Made by a program: the position numbers and the translations under genes
Origin: an uncultured Bacilli bacterium
GTDB lineage: Bacteria; Bacillota_I; Bacilli_A; RF39; UBA660
NCBI GenBank assembly: GCA_934085565.1
Contig: CAKOHG010000003.1
Coordinates: 6,309-70,308 of the forward strand
Direction: 5' to 3'
Length of the DNA: 64,000 nt
The notes under the pieces: generated by a model
Databases searched by the model: none
Told to the model about the DNA's origin: nothing
Seen by the model: only the letters and a program-made list of their open reading frames with translations
In this document: positions 56,394-64,000 of the stretch, in pieces
Layout: each line of letters opens with the position of its first letter
Numbering within the stretch: the first letter of the stretch is position 1

Positions 56394-57563
56394 TTGAAAC
56401 TATTTAATAATAATAAAAGCGATAAACTTAATATGGAAGAAGTTAATGAAGTAATCGATTTATCAAAAAAGATTTTACATTTCTTTTATATAGCAATGAT
56501 TATCGCGACTGTTTTTATTGTCACCTTAATAGCGCGTGAATGGGGAGTTTGGAATTTCATTTTAAACATTTTAAGTGTTTTATCGCCATTTTTTATTGGT
56601 TTTGTACTCGCGTGGATTTTAAATCCCATTGTGAATAAATTAGAAAAAAAGAAAATGCCAAGAGTAGTAGGCTCTATGTTAGTTTATGCCATTATGATTT
56701 TATCCATTGCTTTATTCGTAGGATATATGCTTCCTGTTATTTACGACCAGATTCAAGTATTAATACGTAATTTGCCATCTATTTTCAATGAAGTTGAAAT
56801 ATTCATGAATAATATTGTAGGTCGTCTTGGAAATATCGATGGCGTTGATTTTGTCAGTATTAAAAATCAAATTTTTACAACGATTACCGGTAGCTTTAAT
56901 AACTTTATGACTTCATTACCTAATACGATTATGGGAATGGTAGGTAATTTATTTTCTAGTTTAGTTACCATTTGTTTTGGACTCGTAATAGGACTTTATA
57001 TGCTTATTGATTTTGATTCAATTAATGGACACTTACTTAACTTACTACCTAAGAAAAATCGTTTTGAAGCTTCCTTATTAATTACAAATATTTCAACAGA
57101 AGTTAGAAAAAGTGTCAATGGCACTTTACTAGTTGCTTCTATGGTCTTTGTTTGTGATAGTTTAGGTTTCTTCTTTATTGGTCTTCAAGCTCCACTTTTA
57201 TTTGGTTTATTATGTGGTATTACCGATTTAATTCCTTATGTAGGACCATACATCGGTGGTATTGTGGCTGTGATTGTTGGGTTTGCTCAAAGTCCTTTAA
57301 TTGGTATTTTATCTTTAATTATTGTTGTTGTTGTTCAACTTGTTGAAAATAATATTTTACAACCTATCGTCATGAGTAAAACCACTGAGCTTCATCCTGT
57401 TACTATTATTGTAGGACTTTTACTTTTCGAACATTTCTTTGGCATTGTTGGTATGATTTTATGTACGCCTTGTATGTCTTTAGTCAAAGTTGTATGGCGT
57501 TTCTTTAAAGAAAAATATAATTTATTTCAAGATAAAGACGAAATTATTTTAAGTGAAGAATAA
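56394..57563 (+). CDS. AI-2E/PerM-family (UPF0118) transporter
   Basis: 8-TM pattern with LIPYVGPYIGGIVAVIVG and VQLVENNILQPIVMSK motifs. Start moved to the TTG at 56394 (an ATG further downstream, at MEEVNEV, is also possible). Confidence 0.8.
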   Translation: MKLFNNNKSDKLNMEEVNEVIDLSKKILHFFYIAMIIATVFIVTLIAREWGVWNFILNILSVLSPFFIGFVLAWILNPIVNKLEKKKMPRVVGSMLVYAIMILSIALFVGYMLPVIYDQIQVLIRNLPSIFNEVEIFMNNIVGRLGNIDGVDFVSIKNQIFTTITGSFNNFMTSLPNTIMGMVGNLFSSLVTICFGLVIGLYMLIDFDSINGHLLNLLPKKNRFEASLLITNISTEVRKSVNGTLLVASMVFVCDSLGFFFIGLQAPLLFGLLCGITDLIPYVGPYIGGIVAVIVGFAQSPLIGILSLIIVVVVQLVENNILQPIVMSKTTELHPVTIIVGLLLFEHFFGIVGMILCTPCMSLVKVVWRFFKEKYNLFQDKDEIILSEE

Positions 57564-57568
57564 AAAAT

Positions 57569-57595
57569 ATATATCTTTAGGTATATGTTTTTTTT
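57569..57595 (+). terminator. Rho-independent terminator
   Basis: atatatc-ttta-ggtatat stem followed by gT8. The ORF-track start at 57585 lies inside it. Confidence 0.55.
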
Positions 57596-57644
57596 ACATA
57601 AAGAAAGGAAATCACGAATAAAAAAAAGTGATGAGGTGTTTGAG

Positions 57645-58169
57645 ATGAAAATAATTTTAATTGCTGGTAAAGCAAGAAGTGGTAAAAGTTCTTGTGCTTC
57701 TTTATTAAAGACGTTATGTACAGAGAAAAACTACAAAGTAGCCATTACAGAATATAGTAAATATATTAAATTATTTGCTAAAGAATTAATTGGTTGGGAT
57801 GGTGTTTCTTTGCCTAAGCCTCGTAAATTTTTGCAAGATTTTGGAAGTTATGTCAGACATTCTTCTAATGACCCTTATTATTTTATCCGAAGAATGAAAG
57901 AAGACATTGCTATATACGAGCATTTTGTTGATATTTTAATTATTAGTGATGTTCGTTTTCCAAGTGAAATCACGGAGTTAGAATATTTACATCCGCTTAC
58001 TATAAAAGTAGAAAATAATTTAGAAACTAGTGATTTAAGCTTACAAGAACAAGCTCATGAAACGGAACATGCACTTGATAATTTCACTAAATTCGATTAT
58101 AGTATTAAAGATAAATCATTAAGTGAAATGAGAGAAATATTGAAAAAAATAGTGGAGGAAGAATTATGA
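57645..58169 (+). CDS. P-loop kinase resembling phage-type deoxynucleoside-monophosphate kinases
   Basis: Walker A: IAGKARSGKSS. IISDVRFPSEI resembles the (I/V)xDVRFxNE motif of dNMP kinases. ATG at 57645 after GAGGTG. ATGA overlap with alaS. Confidence 0.55.
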   Translation: MKIILIAGKARSGKSSCASLLKTLCTEKNYKVAITEYSKYIKLFAKELIGWDGVSLPKPRKFLQDFGSYVRHSSNDPYYFIRRMKEDIAIYEHFVDILIISDVRFPSEITELEYLHPLTIKVENNLETSDLSLQEQAHETEHALDNFTKFDYSIKDKSLSEMREILKKIVEEEL

Positions 58170-59911
58170 AGTTAAAAGATTTATATATTGATTATTTTGT
58201 CAGTAAGGGTCATAAACAAATTCCTAGTGCTCCGGTAGTACCAGAAAACGACCCATCTGTTTTATTTAATACTGCGGGCATGCAACCCTTAATTCCTTAT
58301 TTAATGGGAAAACATCATCCATATGGTAAAAGATTATGTGATTATCAAAAATGTGTGAGAACTAATGACCTAGAAGAAATCGGTGATAAAACTCATCATA
58401 CTTTTTTTGAAATGCTTGGTAACTGGAGCTTAGGCGATTATTTTAAAAAAGAAAGTATTGGCTATAGTTTTGAATTTTTAACGAGTGTTTTAAATATTCC
58501 CGTTGAAAAATTAGCTGTGACGGTTTTTGAAGGTGATGACAAAATTCCAAGAGATGAATTCTCTGCTAATCGTTGGATGGAATTAGGTATCAAAAAAGAA
58601 AGAATTGCTTATCTTGGTAAAGACGATAATTTCTGGATTCCTGGCGACTCTGGACCATGTGGTGGCGATACCGAAATTTTTTATTGGCGTGATGATTCCC
58701 CAGTTCCTGAAAAATTTGACCCCGAAGATAGTCGTTGGGTAGAAATTTGGAATAATGTTTTCATGGAATTTTATCAAGATGAAAATGGAAATGTTACGGA
58801 ATTAGAACAAAAAAATGTAGATACTGGTATGGGTCTTGAAAGAGTTGTAGCTGTTTTAGAAGGTAAAACAGATAACTATTTAACAAGCCTTTGGGATAGA
58901 GCGAGAACCTGTTTAGAAAAGTTAAGTGGCTTAACTTATGAAGGCAATGAAAAATCTATGCGTATCATTCTTGACCATATTAGAACGAGTGTTTTTATTG
59001 CTGGCGACCCAGCTGGTATTAAACCAAGTAACACTGACCAAGGTTATATTTTAAGAAGACTTATTCGTCGTGCTGTTCGTCATGAAAGAAAATTAAATAT
59101 TGATATTAATTCTGATATCGATATTGAACTTGCTAAAATCTTTATTGAAGAATATGCGCCTTATTATAGTGAATTAAGTCAAAATAAAGATGTTATTTTG
59201 GAAGTTATTAAAAATGAAAAATTAAAATTTAGTCGTACTTTGGAAAAAGGTTTAAAAGAATTTGAAAAAATTGCCCTTCATACTAATGTTATTGATGGTG
59301 TAACTGCTTTCCATTTATATGATACTTATGGTTTTCCAATTGAACTTACTATCGAAGAAGCTAAAGAAAGAAATATGACTGTCGATGAAGAAGGCTTCAA
59401 AGAAAAATTTAGAGAACATCAAGAAAAATCAAGAACCGCTTCTAAAGGAAAATTTAAAGGTGGTCTTTCTGGTAATAGTGTGATTGAAACCAAATATCAT
59501 ACGGCAACTCACTTATTAAATGCTGCTTTAAAAAGAGTAATTGGACCTTCGGTTCATCAATTAGGCAGCAATATTACCGAAGAACGTTTACGTTTTGATT
59601 TTCCTTGTGATCATAAATTAACAGAGGAAGAAAAAACAAAAGTAGAAGATTTAGTGAACGAATGGATTAAAGAAGATATTCCAGTTATTTGTACCGAAAT
59701 GAGTAAAGAAGAAGCTATTGCTTCCGGTGCAGAATGCATGTTTGTTGATAAATACCCTGAAAGAGTCACGGTTTATTCTATCGGAGATGTATCCAAAGAA
59801 TTATGTGGGGGACCACACGTTTCTCATACTGGTGAAATTGGACATTTTAAAATAAAAAAAGAAGAATCTTCTAGTGCTGGTGTTCGTCGAATTAAAGCAG
59901 TTATTGAATAA
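58166..59911 (+). CDS. alaS: Alanine--tRNA ligase, short form (581 aa; no C-Ala domain)
   Basis: FNTAGMQP, FEMLGNWSLGDYFK, GPCGGDTEIFY, VEIWNNVFMEF, VDTGMGLERV (class II AlaRS core). HTATH at aa 445-449 and CGGPH at aa 547-551 (editing-site zinc motifs). Ends VRRIKAVIE. Confidence 0.85.
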   Translation: MKLKDLYIDYFVSKGHKQIPSAPVVPENDPSVLFNTAGMQPLIPYLMGKHHPYGKRLCDYQKCVRTNDLEEIGDKTHHTFFEMLGNWSLGDYFKKESIGYSFEFLTSVLNIPVEKLAVTVFEGDDKIPRDEFSANRWMELGIKKERIAYLGKDDNFWIPGDSGPCGGDTEIFYWRDDSPVPEKFDPEDSRWVEIWNNVFMEFYQDENGNVTELEQKNVDTGMGLERVVAVLEGKTDNYLTSLWDRARTCLEKLSGLTYEGNEKSMRIILDHIRTSVFIAGDPAGIKPSNTDQGYILRRLIRRAVRHERKLNIDINSDIDIELAKIFIEEYAPYYSELSQNKDVILEVIKNEKLKFSRTLEKGLKEFEKIALHTNVIDGVTAFHLYDTYGFPIELTIEEAKERNMTVDEEGFKEKFREHQEKSRTASKGKFKGGLSGNSVIETKYHTATHLLNAALKRVIGPSVHQLGSNITEERLRFDFPCDHKLTEEEKTKVEDLVNEWIKEDIPVICTEMSKEEAIASGAECMFVDKYPERVTVYSIGDVSKELCGGPHVSHTGEIGHFKIKKEESSSAGVRRIKAVIE

Positions 59912-59983
59912 AATTGACCATAAATTGTCGTTGTTATTCTTATGGTAAAATGCTATAATTTTATCATAGGAGGAAAAGTAAAA

Positions 59984-61210
59984 ATGAAAGAATTGAAAGG
60001 GAAAGAAAAATCCAAGAATGTAGCGATTGAACTATGGCGATTTATTATTGCTGTGGCTATCATAGGCTTCCATGTTGGCTTTATTATTGCGAGAACTTGT
60101 AATGGTACTAATGGTTATTATATGACTCCAGAAGCTAAATGGTTCTTCGGTTCAAGCGAAGTTTTATTGATTTTTACCTTAACCGCAGGATACTTTATGG
60201 TAGCTCATCATGAAAAAAGAAAAGATAATCCCGAATATGCTTCCCAAAGTCCTTCTAGAAGAGCTTGGGACTATACTTGGGCACGTGTAAAAGCCCTTTT
60301 ACCAACCCTTGTTTTAGGTTATATTCTAGGTGTTATCTTCTGTACAAAATTCTATTATCCAGATTATAATTTGCAACAAGTTTTAACGATGATTGTCAAT
60401 AGTGCTTGGGAATTTTTAGGTTTCCATGCGGCTGGACTTAGAAGTACAGGCAATGAATTTTTCAATCTAAATGGACCACTTTGGTTTATTTCAGCCATTA
60501 TTATTGTAGGCTATTTTCTATACTACCTTCTTTGCAAAAACAAAGACTTACTAATGGGCTTTATTGCTCCATTTGGTACTATTTTCTTTGCAGGTTGGTG
60601 GTGTTTTACAGGTACAAGAGCTGCTCAAACAGCATGGAGTACTTTTGGTCTACAAACAGCTTCTACAAATGGTATGGGCGGTGCAGCAACCAGTCAAACA
60701 GCTACTTTAGGATTTAACAATGGTTTAATTTTTGTAATGATTGGTTTATTAGGCGGTATTATTATTTACAATCTTGTAAACGAACTTAAAAAACATAAAT
60801 TTACAAAAATAGAACAAATTGCTATGACAGTGTTAAATGCTTTTTGTAGTGCTTTACTTATATGGTATACCATCTATCAACCAACATACTTTAATCTTGA
60901 AAGATGGACAGTAGCGCTTTTAATCTTTGTTGTCATTACGTTAAGTTTACTAAACAAAGATTTCTTAACGAACCTACTTAACAATAAATATACCAATAAA
61001 GTATTTGCTTACCTTGGCTCAATATCACTTGAAATTTATATGCTTCATTATCCAATTGCCATTTTTGTTTTACGCATGCTTGGCAAGAATAGTGAAACTA
61101 ATCCATATACATTCTGGCAAGTATTTATTCCAACAGCTGTGTTAACAGTTATCTTTAGTGCTATTTTGAGTATTATAAGAAAAGCTGTAAAAATGTATAA
61201 AACAAAATAG
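59984..61210 (+). CDS. Membrane acyltransferase family 3 (O-acyltransferase)
   Basis: 10 or more TM segments, N-terminal ELWRFIIAVAIIGFHVG and LEIYMLHYPI patterns. Extended -10 tgctataat at 59951-59959 and AGGAGG before the ATG at 59984. Confidence 0.7.
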   Translation: MKELKGKEKSKNVAIELWRFIIAVAIIGFHVGFIIARTCNGTNGYYMTPEAKWFFGSSEVLLIFTLTAGYFMVAHHEKRKDNPEYASQSPSRRAWDYTWARVKALLPTLVLGYILGVIFCTKFYYPDYNLQQVLTMIVNSAWEFLGFHAAGLRSTGNEFFNLNGPLWFISAIIIVGYFLYYLLCKNKDLLMGFIAPFGTIFFAGWWCFTGTRAAQTAWSTFGLQTASTNGMGGAATSQTATLGFNNGLIFVMIGLLGGIIIYNLVNELKKHKFTKIEQIAMTVLNAFCSALLIWYTIYQPTYFNLERWTVALLIFVVITLSLLNKDFLTNLLNNKYTNKVFAYLGSISLEIYMLHYPIAIFVLRMLGKNSETNPYTFWQVFIPTAVLTVIFSAILSIIRKAVKMYKTK

Positions 61211-61234
61211 GACATAGTGATATGTCCTTTTTTC
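61209..61234 (+). terminator. Rho-independent terminator
   Basis: Perfect 8-bp stem aggacata/tatgtcct, GTGA loop, T6. Confidence 0.8.
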
Positions 61235-61252
61235 TTAGAAAGAAAGGGTTAT

Positions 61253-62317
61253 ATGAAAAAAATATTTGTAATTAATTTAGGTACTACTTCTACCAAAATT
61301 GCTTATTATGAAGATGATAAATGTATCTATAAAGAAAATTTAGCTCATAATGCCGAAGAAATCAAAAAATTTGCTACGGTTTGGGAACAATTTGATTTAC
61401 GTAAAAAAGCCATTGATGAATTTATGAAAGAACATAATATTGTTGTCAGTGAACTAGACGCGATTGTTTCAAGAGGGGGACACACCAAACCTCTAACGAG
61501 TGGCGTCTATAAAATTAATGAAGAAATGTTAGAAGAATCTCGTAGTATGAAATATGGTAATCACGTTTCAGATTTAGGACTTAGACTGGCTTATGAATAT
61601 GCCAAAGAAGGACCTCTTCCTTTTACGGTGGATACAGCTTGTACGGATGAATTTGAACCTTTAGCGCGTTATTCAGGCTTAAAAGAAATAGAAAGATTAT
61701 CTCGCTTTCATGTTTTAAATCATAAGGCAGTCGCTAAAAAATATGCGAATGATATTGGTAAAAAATATGAAGATTTAAATCTTGTTGTTTGTCATATGGG
61801 TGGTGGAACATCCGTTGCGATTCATCATCATGGTAAAATGATTGATGGAAATAATGGTTTAGATGGTGATGGACCTTTTTCAACGGACCGTTCTTGTGGA
61901 CTTCCTGTTGGTCAATTAATTGACATGTGTTATAGTGGCAAGTATTCTTATCAAGAAATGCGCCGTAAGATAAAAGGCTTAGGCGGACTTATGAGTTATG
62001 TTGGTGAAACAGACGTCTTAAAAATTCAAAAAAGAGCTTTAGAACAAAATGATGAAGAAGCCAAAGAAGCTTTACTTGCTATGTGCTATCAAACATCTAA
62101 AGAAATCGGAGCTATGGCTACTGTTGTGGGTGGCAAAATAGATGCGATTTTAATAACGGGTGGCATTGCTTATTCTGACTTTTTGATGAATGAAATAAAA
62201 AAACGAGTAGAGTTTATTGCGCCTGTTCATCTTTATCCTGGTGAATTTGAAATGGAATCATTAGGTGTTAATGTTTATAAAGCCCTTATTGGGGAAGAAC
62301 CCATTAAAGAACTTTAG
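61253..62317 (+). CDS. buk: Butyrate kinase
   Basis: IFVINLGTTSTKIAYY, VCHMGGGTSVAIHHHGKMIDGNN, ILITGGIAYS (ASKHA fold, Buk pattern). Start moved to the ATG at 61253. Confidence 0.9.
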   Translation: MKKIFVINLGTTSTKIAYYEDDKCIYKENLAHNAEEIKKFATVWEQFDLRKKAIDEFMKEHNIVVSELDAIVSRGGHTKPLTSGVYKINEEMLEESRSMKYGNHVSDLGLRLAYEYAKEGPLPFTVDTACTDEFEPLARYSGLKEIERLSRFHVLNHKAVAKKYANDIGKKYEDLNLVVCHMGGGTSVAIHHHGKMIDGNNGLDGDGPFSTDRSCGLPVGQLIDMCYSGKYSYQEMRRKIKGLGGLMSYVGETDVLKIQKRALEQNDEEAKEALLAMCYQTSKEIGAMATVVGGKIDAILITGGIAYSDFLMNEIKKRVEFIAPVHLYPGEFEMESLGVNVYKALIGEEPIKEL

Positions 62318-62325
62318 GAGGAATC

Positions 62326-63222
62326 ATGTTTAGAAATTTTTTAGAAATTGAAAATTATGTCTTAGAACATAATATGAAAAAAGTCGTTGCTCTTGCCAAT
62401 GCTGAAGATGAATACGCTTTAAAAGCCCTTGTTTTGGCTCATCAAAAAAATATCGTTGAAGCTATTTTAATTGGTAATGTACCTAAAATAAAAGAATTAT
62501 TAAAGGAATTTGGAGAAAATGAACAAGATTATACTTTCATTGAGTCTTATGACGAACAAAATTCTGCTCGTATCGCGGTATCATTAGTCAAAGAAAAAAA
62601 GGCTGATATTCCTATGAAAGGATTAATGATGACTTCATCTTTTATGAGAGCAATCTTAGATAAAGAAAATGGTCTTATTAGTAAGGGTAGCCTTTTAAGC
62701 CAAGCTTCTGTTGTAGAAAATAAAGAAGAAAACCGTTTTATGATTTTTACCGATTGTGCGGTTAATATTGCTCCAGGTGTTAAAGAAAAAATAAAAATTA
62801 CGGAAAATGCCATTTCTTTAGCTCATAAACTCGGTATTAGTCATCCTAAAATCGCCGTTTTATCAGCTCTTGAAAAAGTAAATCCTAAAATTATTAGTAC
62901 TGTAGAAGCCAGTGAAGTGGCAAGTTTTGACGGATATCAAAAACCTTATTCCATTATTGGACCAGTAGCTATGGATCTTGCTTTATCTAAAGAAGCCGCT
63001 CACCATAAAAATGTGACGAGTGATGTTTGTGGAGAAGCAGATATTTTAGTTATGCCAGATTTGGCAAGTGGTAATATTTGTACCAAAGCTCTTGTTTTTC
63101 TAGGTCATATTAAAATGGCAGGTGTTCTTACTGGCACGAAAAGTCCCGTAATTATGACAAGTAGAACCGATAGCATTGAAGATAAATATTTATCAATTTT
63201 AATGGCAGTTTATGGCATTTAA
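62326..63222 (+). CDS. ptb: Phosphate butyryltransferase
   Basis: Phosphate acetyl/butyryl transferase pattern: PMKGLMMTS, FTDCAVNIAP, DILVMPDLASGNI, PVIMTSRTDS. Confidence 0.88.
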   Translation: MFRNFLEIENYVLEHNMKKVVALANAEDEYALKALVLAHQKNIVEAILIGNVPKIKELLKEFGENEQDYTFIESYDEQNSARIAVSLVKEKKADIPMKGLMMTSSFMRAILDKENGLISKGSLLSQASVVENKEENRFMIFTDCAVNIAPGVKEKIKITENAISLAHKLGISHPKIAVLSALEKVNPKIISTVEASEVASFDGYQKPYSIIGPVAMDLALSKEAAHHKNVTSDVCGEADILVMPDLASGNICTKALVFLGHIKMAGVLTGTKSPVIMTSRTDSIEDKYLSILMAVYGI

Positions 63223-63250
63223 TGTTAAACTGTCTTTTTTAAAATAAAAA

Positions 63251-63277
63251 TTAGCACTTACTATTGACAAGTGCTAA
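63251..63277 (+). promoter_or_regulatory. CIRCE-like operator (HrcA binding site)
   Basis: TTAGCACTT-N9-AAGTGCTAA is a perfect 9-bp inverted repeat. It differs from the consensus TTAGCACTC-N9-GAGTGCTAA only at the innermost position. Confidence 0.8.
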
Positions 63278-63291
63278 AAAAAGGGTATAAT
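63264..63291 (+). promoter_or_regulatory. SigA-type promoter of hsp20, overlapping CIRCE
   Basis: TTGACA (63264-63269), 16-nt spacer, TATAAT (63286-63291). Confidence 0.65.
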
Positions 63292-63320
63292 GATAATTGT
63301 TGAAAGGAAATGGTGATATT

Positions 63321-63710
63321 ATGAAATTAGTACCAAGAAATTATTATTTAGATGATTTATTAGATAGTTTTTTATCTACGGAGGACGACAATAAAATGAA
63401 ATGTGATATTTATGAAAAAGATGGTAAATATCATATTGAAATGGATGTACCAGGCTTTCAAAAAAATGAAATTAAAATTGAATGTAATAAAGGAAACATT
63501 GTAATAACAGCTGAAAAAACGGCTGAGGAAAAAGACGAACATAAAAAATATATTCGTAAAGAAAGAACATATGGTAAATATCAAAGAAGCTTCTATTTAG
63601 GCGATATTAAAGAAGACGAGATTGAAGCTAAATTTGAAAATGGTATTTTAAATATTGTAGTACCAAAAGTTGATAAAGAAGCTACTAAAAAATATATCGA
63701 AGTTAAATAG
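63321..63710 (+). CDS. Small heat-shock protein (Hsp20/alpha-crystallin family)
   Basis: Alpha-crystallin core DIYEKDGKYHIEMDVPGFQKNEIKIE...YGKYQRSFYL...AKFENGILNIVVPK. Start moved to the ATG at 63321 after GGTGA. Confidence 0.92.
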   Translation: MKLVPRNYYLDDLLDSFLSTEDDNKMKCDIYEKDGKYHIEMDVPGFQKNEIKIECNKGNIVITAEKTAEEKDEHKKYIRKERTYGKYQRSFYLGDIKEDEIEAKFENGILNIVVPKVDKEATKKYIEVK

Positions 63711-63727
63711 TAGTTATTCTAAGAAAA

Positions 63728-63752
63728 AGTGGAGAAGTTCTTCACTTTTTTT
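63728..63752 (+). terminator. Rho-independent terminator of hsp20
   Basis: agtggag-N5-cttcact stem plus T7. Confidence 0.65.
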
Positions 63753-63828
63753 ATGTTTTCCTTTTGATAGAGGACTAGTATCCCAGATATTTTTTTGATA
63801 TAATGGAGTCCATGAAGGAGTGTTTACA

Positions 63829-64000
63829 ATGAGTTTTATTAAAATACCTACTAAAGGAATGCGCGATATTATGCCAGAAGATATGGCTTTAAGAGAATAT
63901 GTTTTGAAAGTTATGAAAGATACTTATGAGAATTTCGGCTTTGAACTTATTCAAACTCCATGTGTAGAACACATTGAAAATTTAACAAGCAAACAAGGTG
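63829..64000 (+). CDS. hisS: Histidine--tRNA ligase, N-terminal fragment (continues beyond the window)
   Basis: GAAGGAG SD. IPTKGMRDIMPEDMALREYVLKVMKDTYENFGFELIQTPCVEHIENL matches the HisRS N-terminus and motif 1 (KGTRD..PEE...YG(Y/F).EI.TP..E). Confidence 0.7.
   Translation, partial: MSFIKIPTKGMRDIMPEDMALREYVLKVMKDTYENFGFELIQTPCVEHIENLTSKQG

Noticed and set aside
57564-58165. Expected T-box leaders upstream of alaS and of hisS (63711..63828)
   Set aside because: The available non-coding sequence is only about 80 and about 118 nt. It is already occupied by terminator, promoter and SD elements, and no specifier-loop or T-box (AGGGTGGNACCGCG-like) sequence is present.

Overview
Low-GC (about 30% by eye) Bacillota-type chromosomal segment. 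It uses the standard genetic code: TGA acts as a stop, and several ATGA/TAATG stop-start overlaps depend on it. Coding is dense and mostly on the + strand. I saw no rRNA, CRISPR array, integrase, transposase or recognisable prophage or defence island.

Most of the window is core housekeeping, and gene order resembles Bacillus subtilis:
- yunB / yutD / yutH-like / nifU(yutI)-like / yugI-like
- a 5-tRNA cluster (Leu-Ser-fMet-Asp-Phe)
- dnaD-nth, convergent with ponA-recU
- gpsB-rnpB
- rodZ-like-pgsA-recA-rny-yneF
- an AI-2E permease followed by alaS
- buk-ptb, hsp20, and the start of hisS

The left 12 kb is cell-envelope and accessory:
- a dockerin-tailed protein fragment, followed by a membrane-anchored cadherin-like protein
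- a wall-glycopolymer locus: a TagO/WecA primer enzyme, a DUF1972-type GT and a GT2, an LbH acetyltransferase, and two paralogous Wzy/O-antigen-ligase-like polytopic modules. One of these modules sits inside a GtrA-polytopic-GT1 fusion.

Items I rate worth a second look, none of them proven novel:
- the tri-domain glycopolymer fusion
- a 581-aa AlaRS lacking the C-Ala domain and part of the editing region, translationally coupled to a phage-type dNMP-kinase-like P-loop gene
- a monocistronic HerA/FtsK-like ATPase with no usual partner gene, flanked by anchored surface proteins
- two unknown proteins (one with HExxH) in the slot where B. subtilis has ypsA
- an alr + ATP-grasp pair
- a near-perfect CIRCE operator on the hsp20 promoter

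All functional calls come from motif and synteny recognition by eye; no database search was run. Many ORF-track starts are over-extended, with a promoter, terminator or SD sequence lying inside the called N-terminus. I corrected those where the sequence supports it.
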